From Synechococcus sp. (lineage in GTDB: Bacteria > Cyanobacteriota > Cyanobacteriia > PCC-6307 > Cyanobiaceae): a stretch of 64,000 nt of DNA. Position 1 is the stretch's first letter; each line of letters opens with the position of its first letter. The notes beneath the pieces were generated by a model that was not told the origin of the DNA, made no database searches, and saw only the letters and a list, made by a program, of their open reading frames with translations. Of the stretch, positions 7,915 through 17,617 are shown piece after piece. Where the stretch lies: positions 64,001-128,000 of the forward strand of contig JBJBCN010000002.1 in assembly GCA_047285805.1 (NCBI GenBank), in the 5' to 3' direction. A program made the translations under genes and the position numbers.

Positions 7915-8391
7915 TCAGTTGGCCTGCGCTTTGTTGTTAAACCACGTTGGGACGGCGGTGTAACAAGCCGCGTTCTTCTCGTTCTCCCGGGCTTCCACCT
8001 TCCAGCAACAGCTGCGGCCGCCATCACGGGCCTTCAGCAGCGTGTTGGCCCAGTCCCAGACCAGGGCGGCACTGGCTTCCATGCCGACGTTGTCCATCAC
8101 CCGCAGATCCAGGGCCCCCTGTGCGTGGAGGCTCTGCCACTGCTCCAGCAGCGGGTCGTCGGCGTTGACCAAAAACGTGTGGTCAAACTGCTGCCTGAGG
8201 CGTTGTTCCAGCTCGCTGAGACTGGAGAAATCCACCACAAAGCCGTTCTCGTCGAGCTCCTCGGCTTGGAACCAGAAGCAGAAACTGCGGCTGTAACCGT
8301 GCACAAAACGGCAATGCCCGGCGTGTCGCCACTGACGGTGGCAACAGGGGTAGCCGCTAAAGGCTTTGCTGCAGGTGTAGACGGCGGTCAT
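7915..8391 (-). CDS. queD: 6-carboxy-5,6,7,8-tetrahydropterin synthase (PTPS family)
   Basis: CHRQ...HCRFVHGYS, VVDFS, FDHTFL, ENEKNAA. Confidence 0.8.
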   Translation of the reverse strand: MTAVYTCSKAFSGYPCCHRQWRHAGHCRFVHGYSRSFCFWFQAEELDENGFVVDFSSLSELEQRLRQQFDHTFLVNADDPLLEQWQSLHAQGALDLRVMDNVGMEASAALVWDWANTLLKARDGGRSCCWKVEARENEKNAACYTAVPTWFNNKAQAN

Positions 8392-8436
8392 CCCCGGTGA
8401 ATGCTGGATGTGGGTCTTGAGGGAGGATCGGGGTAG

Positions 8437-9132
8437 ATGGATCGACAGCCCTTGCAGGCATCATTTCAGGCCCCAGATCCGGCCTTCATCAGCTCGCTTC
8501 GTTTTAACGAGGCCGGCCTGATCCCGGCGGTCGCGCAGGACTGGCTCGACGGTGCCGTCCTGATGGTCGCCTGGATGAACCAAGAGGCGATCGAGCGCAC
8601 GCTGGCTACGGGCGAGGTGCACTACTGGAGTCGCTCCAGGCAGGAGCTTTGGCACAAGGGGGCCACCAGCGGCCACACCCAGGCCCTGCGCGGCCTCCGC
8701 TACGACTGCGATGCCGATGTTCTGCTGCTCACAATCGAGCAACAGGGTGATGTCGCCTGCCACACCGGCGCCCGCAGTTGCTTCTACGACGACGGCCCCA
8801 GCCCAACAGAAGGTGGTGCCAGCGCCGCGCCTCCGCCGGCCGATGTGTGTACGGAGCTGATGCGGGTCATCGAAGGACGCCGCGATCAGCCCGAGCCCGA
8901 CAGCTACACCAACAAGTTGCTGGAGGGGGGTGACAACCGAATCCTCAAAAAGATCGGGGAGGAGAGCGCCGAATTTGTGATGGCGTGCAAGGACAACAGT
9001 CCCGATGAGATGGCGGGTGAGGCGGCCGACATCGTCTTCCACCTCCAGGTCGCCTTGGCCCACCACGGCGTGAGCTGGCGCAAGGTGCAACAGGTGCTCG
9101 CGGCGCGCCGCGGAGCACCCCGTCGCGAGTAG
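8437..9132 (+). CDS. hisIE: Bifunctional phosphoribosyl-AMP cyclohydrolase / phosphoribosyl-ATP pyrophosphatase
   Basis: [42 protein letters not shown]. Confidence 0.95.
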   Translation: MDRQPLQASFQAPDPAFISSLRFNEAGLIPAVAQDWLDGAVLMVAWMNQEAIERTLATGEVHYWSRSRQELWHKGATSGHTQALRGLRYDCDADVLLLTIEQQGDVACHTGARSCFYDDGPSPTEGGASAAPPPADVCTELMRVIEGRRDQPEPDSYTNKLLEGGDNRILKKIGEESAEFVMACKDNSPDEMAGEAADIVFHLQVALAHHGVSWRKVQQVLAARRGAPRRE

Positions 9133-9134
9133 GC

Positions 9135-10214
9135 CTACTTCAGCTGAATCGTGCTCCCGTGGCGGAGCCCCGAGCGGTTGCTCAGGATCACGCGATCCGT
9201 TGGGGACAGTCCGCTGAGCACCGGATAGCGATCGCCCTGCAGGGGACCCAAGAGGATGCTGCGTTGCAGCGCCACGGTGCTGTTCGCCTGCAGGCGTTCA
9301 ATGCTTGCCAGGGGCGTTTTGCCGGGGTCCTTCTTCCATTCGGCCGGGGTGCCGACCACAAATACGAAGCTTTGGCCGAACTGGCGTGTGACCGCCTCAA
9401 AGGGGACGGCGAGCTGGCGCTCAGCACCAATGATCAAACGGGTTCTCAGCCGTTGCCCGTCCCGCAGCATGCCGTTGGGGTTGTCGACCTTGGCCTTCGC
9501 CAGCAAGGTCTGGCTGCTCGGGTTGATGTTGGGGTCGATCATCGTCACCCGCCCCTTTGCAATGGGCCGTTGCCCTTGCCCATCCAGCAGTTGCACCAGT
9601 TGGCCGCTGGCTAGACGGTTCGCCTGGGCTGCGGGGACGTCGATGCGGGCCTGCAGGGCCTCATTGCGGATGATCCGGCTGAAGGGGCTACCGGCCTGGA
9701 GAACATCCCCCGCTTTGACGCTCAGATCGCTGATGACACCTGCGATGGGAGCGCGGACATCCTTGTAGGAGAGGTCTGCCAACTTGGCCCGCAGGGCTTG
9801 GTTGGAGCCGATGGCCTTGGCTTCAAATTCATCCCGCTGCAGGGCGGTGGCGGCACCCTCCTTCACCAGGCCCGCTAAGCGTTCGTAGGCCAGCTGATCG
9901 CTCTTGCTCTGTGCTTTGAGGGCGGAGACATCGGCTTTGAGTTGGGTTTGATCGAGGACCAGCAGCAGCTGCCCCTCCTCCACGGACTGCCCGGACTGGA
10001 CCAGGACTCGTTGAATGCGTCCGCCGGCCTGGGCCGCGAGTTCTATCTCATCGGTGGCCTCCAGGGTGCTGACGGTATCGATGCTTTGTACGAACACCTC
10101 CCGCGCCAGGGGCGCGGCCTTGACCTTTTGCGGCGGCCGTCCTGTGGGGGAGCCGCAGCCGCAGAGCGTTAGGAGTCCAAGAACGGCCAAGGCCAGCCAG
10201 GGCGGTTTAGGCAT
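9135..10214 (-). CDS. RND efflux membrane-fusion (periplasmic adaptor) lipoprotein
   Basis: Lipobox-like LCGC, lipoyl half-motifs (GQSVEEGQLL, VRAPIAG), adjacent to an RND gene. Confidence 0.9.
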   Translation of the reverse strand: MPKPPWLALAVLGLLTLCGCGSPTGRPPQKVKAAPLAREVFVQSIDTVSTLEATDEIELAAQAGGRIQRVLVQSGQSVEEGQLLLVLDQTQLKADVSALKAQSKSDQLAYERLAGLVKEGAATALQRDEFEAKAIGSNQALRAKLADLSYKDVRAPIAGVISDLSVKAGDVLQAGSPFSRIIRNEALQARIDVPAAQANRLASGQLVQLLDGQGQRPIAKGRVTMIDPNINPSSQTLLAKAKVDNPNGMLRDGQRLRTRLIIGAERQLAVPFEAVTRQFGQSFVFVVGTPAEWKKDPGKTPLASIERLQANSTVALQRSILLGPLQGDRYPVLSGLSPTDRVILSNRSGLRHGSTIQLK

Positions 10215-13200
10215 GGGTCCTCCGGGCTTTGAGTTGGAGCTCCCAGCCCTTGATCAACCTGTAGCTACTGGGCACGACAAACAGGCTTAAAACGGTGGCC
10301 ACCAGCAGGCCGAAGAACACCACGGTGCCGATGCTGATCCGGCTGCTGGCGCTGCTGCCACTGGCGAGCAGCAAGGGCAGGAATCCAGCGAGGGAGGAGA
10401 TCGCCGTAAGCAGAATCGGCCGCAGCCGGGAGCGGGCCGACTCGCGGATGGCCGTGTTCAAGCTCAGGCCCTCCCGCAGGCGCTGGTTGGCGAATTCCAC
10501 GATCAGGATGCCGTTTTTGGCCGCCAGGGCCACCAGGACCAGGAGTCCCATCTGGCCGTAAACATCCAGTGGCAGCCCCCGCAGCACCAGGCCCCCCAGG
10601 GCCCCCAGCAGGGCCAGGGGAACTGTGATCAAGATGATCACCGGGTCCAGCAGGTTCTCGTAGAGGCCGGCCAGCACGAGCCCCATCACCAAGACCGCCA
10701 GGGCAAAGACCCGGATGGTGCTGCGACCTGAGCGCCGCTCTTCTGCGGCAAGCCCCCTCCAAGCCAAGTCGGTGCTGCGGCCGCCGAGTTGCTGTTGCAG
10801 CCGCTCCAGTTCGGCCATCGCTTGTCCGGTGCTGACCCCCGAGGCCGGGAGGGCGCGGATGCCGATGGAGCGCACCAGACGGCTGTGGTTGATAGTGCTG
10901 GCTCCGCTGGAGGCCTCCACCTGCACCAACTGACCGACGGGGATCAGGACTCCTTTCTTCGATCGCACCTGCAGGGCCAGCACGTCATCGAGGTTGCGTC
11001 GTCCTCCGCCGTCGAGTTGAACAATCACCCGGCGGACCTGGTCCCCCTCAAAGCTGTCGTTGACGTAGCTGCTGCCCAAGCTGGCCTGCAAGGTGCTTAC
11101 CAACTGGCTCAGCTCGACCCCGAGGGAGGCCATTTGCAGCCGATCGGGCTCCAGGCGCAAGAGCGGTGAATCGGCGCTGAAGCGCGTGGAGACCCGCTCG
11201 AACCTCCCTGTGGCGTTGGCGGCTTGGATCAGCCGCTGCGCTTCCCCGGCAAATTGCTGCAGGGACAACTGGCCATTGCTGGTGTCGAGCAGCTCCAGCT
11301 CGAGGCCCCCCTCACTGCTGAAGCCCCGCACGCTGGGCGGTTGGCTGACGATCACCGTCGCCCCCGTGATTTGCTTGCGCAGAACACTGTTCAGGCGTTG
11401 GGCCACCGCTTCAGTGCTGGGGCGGCCCGGTCCCCGCTTACCGATCGGTTGGAGACGCAGGAAGAGCAGCCCCTTGTTGGGGGTGCTGTCGCCGAAGGAC
11501 CGTCCGGCATAGAAGTTGCCGGTTCGAATCGCCGGGTCTGCCTCCGCCAGTTCTTGCACTTGCTGCATCACCGCTTCGGTGCGCTGCAGTGAGAGCCCCT
11601 CCGGGAGGACAAGGACCCCCCGCAACTGTCCATTGTCTTCCTGGGGAATGAAGGCTGTCGGTCTCCAGCTCAAGCCCAGGGCCGTGATCAGCAGACCCAG
11701 CACGACGCTGGCCATTACGCGGCGTCGCAGCCGCAACGAGCCCTCGAGCCAGCGGCCATAGGGCGCTTCCAGTGATTCCAGCCAACGCCGGGGTGGATCG
11801 ATCCAGCGCAGCAGCCAGGCGGGCTCGCGCTGCTCGGCGTGGAGCAATCGACTGGCTGCCACCGGGGTGAAGCTGATGGCGTTAAAAGTCGACATCGCGA
11901 TCGCCGCACTGATGCTGATGGCGATGGGGGCATAGAGCCGGCCCACGCTGCCCTCCAGGCCGATGACCGGGAGGAAGACGACCACCAGCACCAGGGAGGT
12001 GGCGACCACCGCGCCTCCGAGTTCGGCCATTGATGCGCGAGCCGCTGCCAGCGGGGAGGCATCGGCTTTTAAGCGTCGGCCGATGTCCTCGCTGACCACG
12101 ATGGCGTCATCCACGACGAGGCCCGAGGCCAGCACCATCCCAAACAGGCTGAGGGTGTTGATGGAACCCCCCGCTAGCTTGATCAGGCTGATCGAGCCGA
12201 GCAGTGAGACCGGGACGGCCAGGGCACTGATCAGGGCGAGGCGGCTGTTGCCGAGCCCGAGGAGCAGCGCCAAGAAAACCAGCAAGACCGCATCCCGAAG
12301 GCTGCCGGCCGTCTCCCCAATACTGGTGCGAATCGTCTCCGCTTCGTTGACGATCAGCTGCAGATCAATGCCCGGGGGGATGTCCGGCTGGAGTTCGGCC
12401 AGGGCCCGCTCGACCGACTCACTGACCGCGAGGGCGTTCGTTCCGTCCCGTTGGTAGACGCCAATGGCGACCGCGCTGCTGCCCTGGAGGTTGGTGGCGA
12501 CGGCGTCATAGCTCTCGCTGCCAAGGACCACATGACCGATATCCCTGAGCAGCACGACCCCACCCTCGGGGCCCTCGCCGACTACCAGCTGTTCGAGTTC
12601 CTCGCTGCTGCGGAGCCGCCCTTCCATCTCCAGCGGCAGGGTGGTGACCTGCCCGGGGGGCATCGGCGCCTCACCGGTTTGTCCGAGAGCGGCCAAGACG
12701 TTCTGGGCTTCCAGGGCCCGCTCCACGTCGTTAATCGTGAGTTGCCGCTCCAGCAGCGCCGCGGGATTCAGCCATAGACGGAAGGCCAGGGGGCTGCCTC
12801 CGAACAGACGGACATCACCGACCCCTTCGACCCGCTGCAGCCGCTGCTGCACGACCTGGCTGACCCAGCCGTTGAGGAACTGCGTTGTGTAGCGCTGGGG
12901 ATCTGCGCTGAAGCTCAGGACCATTAAGAGGTCATCGGAGCTGCGCCGGACTTGCACGCCAAGGCGGGCGACCTGGGCCGGAAGCCGCCGCAGGACTTGG
13001 GCGATCTCGTTTTGGGTGTTGACCTGGTTGAGCTCCGGGGAGCCGCCGCGGAAGGTCAGCTGAATGCTGCTGCCGCTACCGCTGCTGCTCGAGCGGATAC
13101 TCTCCAAGCTGTCAAGCCCATTCAGTTGCTGCTCGATCAGGGCCGTGACCCCCTGCTCGACAACCTCAGGGCTACCCCCGGGATAGGAGCTCCGGACACT

Positions 13201-13350
13201 AACTCGATCCGGCGCAATGCTAGGCAAGTTCTCAACCTGCAGGCCGCTCAGGCTGAGGGTCCCCATCAACAGCAGAAGCAGGCTCAGCACCAAGCTGAAT
13301 ACGGGCCGTCTCAAGAACAGATCCGAGAGGGTCCGCTTCGGCGGAGTCAT
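10207..13350 (-). CDS. RND efflux transporter permease (AcrB/HAE1 family)
   Basis: 1047 aa; RRPVF start, GLVVDDAIVV, AKNGILIVEFA, RLRPILLT motifs. Confidence 0.95.
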   Translation of the reverse strand: MTPPKRTLSDLFLRRPVFSLVLSLLLLLMGTLSLSGLQVENLPSIAPDRVSVRSSYPGGSPEVVEQGVTALIEQQLNGLDSLESIRSSSSGSGSSIQLTFRGGSPELNQVNTQNEIAQVLRRLPAQVARLGVQVRRSSDDLLMVLSFSADPQRYTTQFLNGWVSQVVQQRLQRVEGVGDVRLFGGSPLAFRLWLNPAALLERQLTINDVERALEAQNVLAALGQTGEAPMPPGQVTTLPLEMEGRLRSSEELEQLVVGEGPEGGVVLLRDIGHVVLGSESYDAVATNLQGSSAVAIGVYQRDGTNALAVSESVERALAELQPDIPPGIDLQLIVNEAETIRTSIGETAGSLRDAVLLVFLALLLGLGNSRLALISALAVPVSLLGSISLIKLAGGSINTLSLFGMVLASGLVVDDAIVVSEDIGRRLKADASPLAAARASMAELGGAVVATSLVLVVVFLPVIGLEGSVGRLYAPIAISISAAIAMSTFNAISFTPVAASRLLHAEQREPAWLLRWIDPPRRWLESLEAPYGRWLEGSLRLRRRVMASVVLGLLITALGLSWRPTAFIPQEDNGQLRGVLVLPEGLSLQRTEAVMQQVQELAEADPAIRTGNFYAGRSFGDSTPNKGLLFLRLQPIGKRGPGRPSTEAVAQRLNSVLRKQITGATVIVSQPPSVRGFSSEGGLELELLDTSNGQLSLQQFAGEAQRLIQAANATGRFERVSTRFSADSPLLRLEPDRLQMASLGVELSQLVSTLQASLGSSYVNDSFEGDQVRRVIVQLDGGGRRNLDDVLALQVRSKKGVLIPVGQLVQVEASSGASTINHSRLVRSIGIRALPASGVSTGQAMAELERLQQQLGGRSTDLAWRGLAAEERRSGRSTIRVFALAVLVMGLVLAGLYENLLDPVIILITVPLALLGALGGLVLRGLPLDVYGQMGLLVLVALAAKNGILIVEFANQRLREGLSLNTAIRESARSRLRPILLTAISSLAGFLPLLLASGSSASSRISIGTVVFFGLLVATVLSLFVVPSSYRLIKGWELQLKARRTHA

Positions 13351-13997
13351 GGATGGTTGGAGGGCAGTTCAGCCTGGGTCAGCCCTGGCTGTTCTTGCAA
13401 CCACGTCAAGGTGGTTCGATCGCGGGGGCTGAGCTCGAGCACCGGGATCGGTCCGGCTTTCACGGCCAGTGCATCGCCGGCTTGGTCGCTATGGCCCCAG
13501 AGGCCAAATGCGTGGCCCAGTTCATGGAGGCTCGTGGCCTGGATAGCCGTTTGGGCTTGGCCGGGGCTGATCAACACGTTCACCAGCGGTTCCCGTTGCC
13601 AGCGCTGCTGCCGGCGCACGTCCTGCAGTTGCAGCAGGGCCCGTCCGTTGCTGGCGCGGTTGTTGCGCAGGGGAGGCCGCCGCCGTTCCACACGGACCTG
13701 GGCCCGCAGCGGATCGGAGACCAGCTCGATCGGCAGCAGCTCCTGCCAGGTGCGCAGGGCGGCGCTGACGGCTTGATGCCAGCGCTGCTCCCAGATCGCT
13801 CCCGGTCCATCTGACTCCACAGGGTGGACCCAGACGCACCAGTGCTTGCGTCTCGGCCAGCCCGCCTGCGTCGTCTTCAGGCGATCGCTGTAGCCAGCAC
13901 CTTTGGTCGCTGCGGCCTCGATCAAGAGCGCCCCCTGACCAGCCCAGGGCCGCACATCGGAAGCGACGGGACAGCGGTCTGGAGGCGGCAGCTCCAT
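13347..13997 (-). CDS. Putative zinc metallopeptidase (metzincin/matrixin-like)
   Basis: HELGHAFGLWGHS zinc motif and LSPRD tail. Confidence 0.75.
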   Translation of the reverse strand: MELPPPDRCPVASDVRPWAGQGALLIEAAATKGAGYSDRLKTTQAGWPRRKHWCVWVHPVESDGPGAIWEQRWHQAVSAALRTWQELLPIELVSDPLRAQVRVERRRPPLRNNRASNGRALLQLQDVRRQQRWQREPLVNVLISPGQAQTAIQATSLHELGHAFGLWGHSDQAGDALAVKAGPIPVLELSPRDRTTLTWLQEQPGLTQAELPSNHP

Positions 13998-14005
13998 CGT
14001 TGGAG

Positions 14006-14503
14006 TTAACCGGGCAGGCCGACGCCCCGGGCCATCAAGGTGGCGAGGAACGGAACAAAAGCAAAGCCCACTAATTCGATATTCAGGATCCAGGCCAGGC
14101 GCTTCGCCAGGGCTTCAGTCACCTGGGGCAGCTCACCTTTGCGAAGTGGGATGGCCCAGGTGATGTAGGTGATCGTTGGGTAGAGGGAGAGGCCTCCAAC
14201 GGAGAGGTAGATGCCGACCTTCCACCAGAACAGGGGGTTCTCCGTATAGAACTCTGAGCCCTGCCCGAAGTACATCACCCGCAGTATGCCGCTCACCAGC
14301 AGGGCTAGGGCTGCTATGCCGTAGACCACGTCTGTGATCACCATCAAAGTGGCGTCCTTGCGGTTCGGGTTGGGCTGGATCAAACGGCGTTCCAGCACCA
14401 GGGCGCCAAAGCAGAGCATAAAGCTGAGGTAGTGGACGTAGGCCACGCCGGCTCGGGTGAAGACGGTCGGTGCGATGTCGGCGATCAGAGCCGGGGCGGG
14501 CAT
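14006..14503 (-). CDS. DUF2214-family membrane protein
   Basis: Four TM helices, AYVHY, D-x-x-YG, K-x-GIY, C-terminal ATLMARGVG. Confidence 0.8.
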   Translation of the reverse strand: MPAPALIADIAPTVFTRAGVAYVHYLSFMLCFGALVLERRLIQPNPNRKDATLMVITDVVYGIAALALLVSGILRVMYFGQGSEFYTENPLFWWKVGIYLSVGGLSLYPTITYITWAIPLRKGELPQVTEALAKRLAWILNIELVGFAFVPFLATLMARGVGLPG

Positions 14504-14695
14504 TGCCTTGGACTAGATGGGTTATAGACCGTAGCGACTAAGGGGCTGCGCTGGTTTTGTTCAGGATTTGGAAGCCAATCCGCAGTTGCGAAGCAAATAT
14601 GAATTAGGAAAGAACTTTGAAACTTGGAAGCTTTTTAGTGCCTTTTTTTATTGAGCAAAAATGCCCTTAGGTTCAAATCAGCAGAACGCGCAATC

Positions 14696-15631
14696 ATGGC
14701 CAGCTCGCTGAGTGCTTTCTTGGGTGAAATTGGTCGCCACCAATTGTTGACACCAGAGCAAGAGCTGATGCTCGGCCGCAAGGTACAAGCGATGGTGCAC
14801 TTGCATGAGCGCTGCGCTATGGCTGGTGGTGTCGGCGAGGCCTGCAGCTACAACGACATTGAAAAGCGCACCATGCGTGTGGGCGAGCGGGCCAAGGACC
14901 AGATGATCACCGCCAATCTGCGCCTGGTGGTCAATTTGGCCAAGCGTTATCAGGGCAAGGGTCTTGATCTCTTGGACCTCATTCAAGAGGGAACCCTGGG
15001 GTTGACCCGGGCGGTGGAGAAATACGACCCCACCCGCGGTCATCGCTTCAGTACTTATGCCTACTGGTGGATTCGTCAGGGTCTTAATCGTGCGCTTTCG
15101 ACCCAAAGTCGCACGATTCGGATTCCTGTCAATGTCAACGAAAAATTGACACGACTCCGGGCGGCGAAGGCGCGCTTGATGCAGCGCAATGGCATGGCGC
15201 CGACTTCTCAACAGTTGGCGACGGCGATGGGTTTGCCGCTCGATGAAATTGAGGATTTGCTGGGTTGCGAGCTGCGCAGTGTCACTGTCAGCCTGCAGGG
15301 CACCGTCAAATCAAAATCCGATCCCACGGAGTTGGTGGACGTGCTTCCCAGCGAGGACCTTCCGCCGATGGAGCGTTGTGAATTGGCGGAGCGCAATGCC
15401 GCCGTATGGAAGCTCCTTGATCAGTCGAACCTCACCCCGAAGGAGCGGACCGTTGTGATGCTGCGCTTCGGCCTGGATGGCAGCCATGAATGGCGGACCT
15501 TGGCGGAGGTGGCGCGCCTGCTGGGCTGCAGCCGGGAGTACTGCCGTCAGGTCGTCCAACGGTCCCTGCGCAAGCTGCGCAAGGTGGGGATCCAGAGCGG
15601 CCTGGTGGACGTCAGTTCTGTCGTCCAGTAA
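14696..15631 (+). CDS. Group 2 sigma-70 factor (RpoD-like)
   Basis: ANLRLVVNLAKRY, DLIQEG, RFSTYAYWWIRQ, region 4 RTLAEVA; no region 1.1. Confidence 0.92.
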   Translation: MASSLSAFLGEIGRHQLLTPEQELMLGRKVQAMVHLHERCAMAGGVGEACSYNDIEKRTMRVGERAKDQMITANLRLVVNLAKRYQGKGLDLLDLIQEGTLGLTRAVEKYDPTRGHRFSTYAYWWIRQGLNRALSTQSRTIRIPVNVNEKLTRLRAAKARLMQRNGMAPTSQQLATAMGLPLDEIEDLLGCELRSVTVSLQGTVKSKSDPTELVDVLPSEDLPPMERCELAERNAAVWKLLDQSNLTPKERTVVMLRFGLDGSHEWRTLAEVARLLGCSREYCRQVVQRSLRKLRKVGIQSGLVDVSSVVQ

Positions 15632-15675
15632 GTCCGCCCTCAGAATGGTGTCATCGCTTGAGGTGACACCAGCCC

Positions 15676-16041
15676 ATGGCTGTAGATCCTGCTGCCAAGC
15701 CCATTGATGCCCAGGTGCTGGGCAGCACCGAGGTTGATGAGGGTGCATTGCGTCACCTGTTGCGCCGTGCCGGTCGCGCCATCGCCCGTCCAGCCCTGGA
15801 GTGTCTGGAGCTGATGCTCGATCCGGGCACGCCGCCGCAGGTGCGCCTGACGATGCTGGCGGCCTTGACCTATCTCCTGGTGCCTGTAGATCTGATCCCT
15901 GATTTCATTCCGGCCGCCGGCTTTAGCGATGACCTGGTGGCCTTGACTGGTCTACTGGGGCTCTGCACGAGTCATATGAGCGACCCCATTCGGTTGCGGG
16001 CGCAACGCAAACTGGATCGCTGGTTCCCCCCGACGCGCTGA
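15676..16041 (+). CDS. YkvA/DUF1232-family protein
   Basis: ALTYLLVPVDLIPDFIPAAGFSDD motif. Confidence 0.85.
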   Translation: MAVDPAAKPIDAQVLGSTEVDEGALRHLLRRAGRAIARPALECLELMLDPGTPPQVRLTMLAALTYLLVPVDLIPDFIPAAGFSDDLVALTGLLGLCTSHMSDPIRLRAQRKLDRWFPPTR

Positions 16042-16370
16042 TGGCTGCTCTGACCTCTGAGCAGTTAGACGAACTGCAATCGTTTATCAAGGACTGGCTG
16101 CGCCATAGCGGCAGGACGCAATCGGACTTGCGCCGGGCGCTGCGGGCCAGTTCGATTCGGATGCCGGTGCTGCTCGATGAGCTCGATCGCACCTACCGGC
16201 GCGACGGCCTGGTGGGGTTGGCAGAACGCCTCTGTGACATCGAGGCGGTCTGGCAAAGCGAGGATCAAGGAGGTGGGGATGTGACTGAGGCTTCACCCGC
16301 CGTCGAGGATTCCTTGGGGCAATTGGACCTGCTTCTCGAAGAAATCCGACTGGAAGTCGGAGACGGCTGA
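16041..16370 (+). CDS. Conserved hypothetical protein (possible HTH N-terminus)
   Basis: TGATG coupling to the previous gene; IKDWLRHSGRTQSDLRRAL helical segment. Confidence 0.65.
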   Translation: MAALTSEQLDELQSFIKDWLRHSGRTQSDLRRALRASSIRMPVLLDELDRTYRRDGLVGLAERLCDIEAVWQSEDQGGGDVTEASPAVEDSLGQLDLLLEEIRLEVGDG

Positions 16371-16417
16371 CGGCTGCCCTCAGTCACGTCACAGTGGGTG
16401 CAAGTTGCACCGTTGAG

Positions 16418-16663
16418 ATGTCCCGCACCCGTTGGCTGGCCTGGGCTTCCGCCGTTGCTCTGGGCGCGGCCTGCCCCGCAGCCGTTCAGGCCCAGTCGGA
16501 AAGCTTTCTCTGGGGACCGGGTAGCAATGTGGGTCCCGCCACCACGGTCGAGCCCAAAAACTGCGTGACCGCAGCGGACGGAAGTATCACTTGCGACACC
16601 AAGTTGGTGAACCCTCCGGGAGATACTCCCGCGAAGCCCCAGTACACGCCCTTTCGTAATTGA
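16418..16663 (+). CDS. Small secreted hypothetical protein
   Basis: Signal peptide ending AVQA; Cys pair (CVTAADGSITC). Confidence 0.6.
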   Translation: MSRTRWLAWASAVALGAACPAAVQAQSESFLWGPGSNVGPATTVEPKNCVTAADGSITCDTKLVNPPGDTPAKPQYTPFRN

Positions 16664-17148
16664 AGTCTCTGTTCTGTGATCGCGCCTTCCTGAGAGGGAT
16701 CTCAGGGTTTGAGCGCGCGCTCGCCAAGGTCCTCTCGGTCACCCTCACGGTGGTCCTGGTGGTCGCGACCCTGCAACTGCTGATCTTCCTGGGCGGCGAC
16801 CTGCTGGATCTCCAGGTCAATTGGACCGGTGAGGGCCTGGTCGGTCTCCTGGATCAAGTCCTGGTGATCTTGATTGCCGTGGAGGTCCTCCAGAACCTCA
16901 CCGCTTACCTGCGGGAACACGTCGTTCAGATCGAGTTGGTGCTGGTGACGGCGTTGACAGCCGTAGCTCGAAAGGTGATCGTCTTCCCTCCGGGGATGCA
17001 GAAGGACCCGGCAGTGCTAATCGGCTTGGGGGTGGCGATCGTCTCCTTGGCGGCTGCCTACTGGCTGGTGCGCAAATCGCACCTCAAGCGTCCGCCGACC
17101 AGAACAGAGCCAGCCACACCGTCCCAGGATCCGGATCGGTTGCTGTAA
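16660..17148 (+). CDS. PsiE-family membrane protein
   Basis: Four TM helices, LIAVEVL...Y, TALTAVARKVI motif. Confidence 0.8.
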   Translation: MKSLFCDRAFLRGISGFERALAKVLSVTLTVVLVVATLQLLIFLGGDLLDLQVNWTGEGLVGLLDQVLVILIAVEVLQNLTAYLREHVVQIELVLVTALTAVARKVIVFPPGMQKDPAVLIGLGVAIVSLAAAYWLVRKSHLKRPPTRTEPATPSQDPDRLL

Positions 17149-17617
17149 CCCGATGCCGGCGGTTCGGGGCAATCAAGAGTGCATCGCCGACGCAGAGGTC
17201 CCGAGGGTGGTCTTCGTCTTCAAACTCCAGCGTCGCGCTTCCACTTAGGAGCAGGACCCATTCGCTCTCCGCTTGGTCATACCAGCCTTGAGCCGGGCTG
17301 ATGGCTTGGCAGGAATGAATGCGCTCTAGCCGCCAGTGCTGCCCACTTGCGAGGACCTCGGTGCGTTCCTGGCCTGATGCAGGGCACTCCCCCCGCAGCA
17401 GGTTGGGTTGACCGGACGGTCCCTCCGGTTTCATTGGGCTGTCCCCCCAGCGCCGGCCAATGTCAAAGCCGAACTGGGCCGCCAGTTGCACCACATCGTG
17501 GTGATTGCTGCAGTCCCCCAGCGCCTGGCGCAGGTCAGGCTGGGCCTCGGTCAAGGCCACAAAGGCATTGAGTTGCTCGATCTTCTTGAGGAACTGTTGG
17601 AGCTGCGCGTCGGCCAT
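17084..17617 (-). CDS. Nif11-like domain / cupin domain fusion protein
   Basis: N-terminal QLQQFL...QPDLRQAL...VVQLAAQFGFDI (Nif11-like); C-terminal RLERIHS, WYDQ..SEWVLLLSG, PNRRHRV, WLALF cupin. Confidence 0.8.
   Translation of the reverse strand: MADAQLQQFLKKIEQLNAFVALTEAQPDLRQALGDCSNHHDVVQLAAQFGFDIGRRWGDSPMKPEGPSGQPNLLRGECPASGQERTEVLASGQHWRLERIHSCQAISPAQGWYDQAESEWVLLLSGSATLEFEDEDHPRDLCVGDALLIAPNRRHRVTATDPDPGTVWLALFWSADA

Noticed and set aside
7424..7963. Plus-strand ORF with HAH/HGH repeats that looks like a His-rich metal-binding protein
   Set aside because: It is the antisense shadow of the Val/Met/Gly repeat gene (GTG and ATG read as CAC and CAT). The minus-strand ORF carries the recognisable WMPC domain.
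6909..9132. Zn-dependent enzymes (M23, QueD, HisI) next to the zur cluster as a Zur regulon
   Set aside because: I saw no Zur-box-like site before them, and they look like ordinary housekeeping copies; adjacency alone is insufficient.
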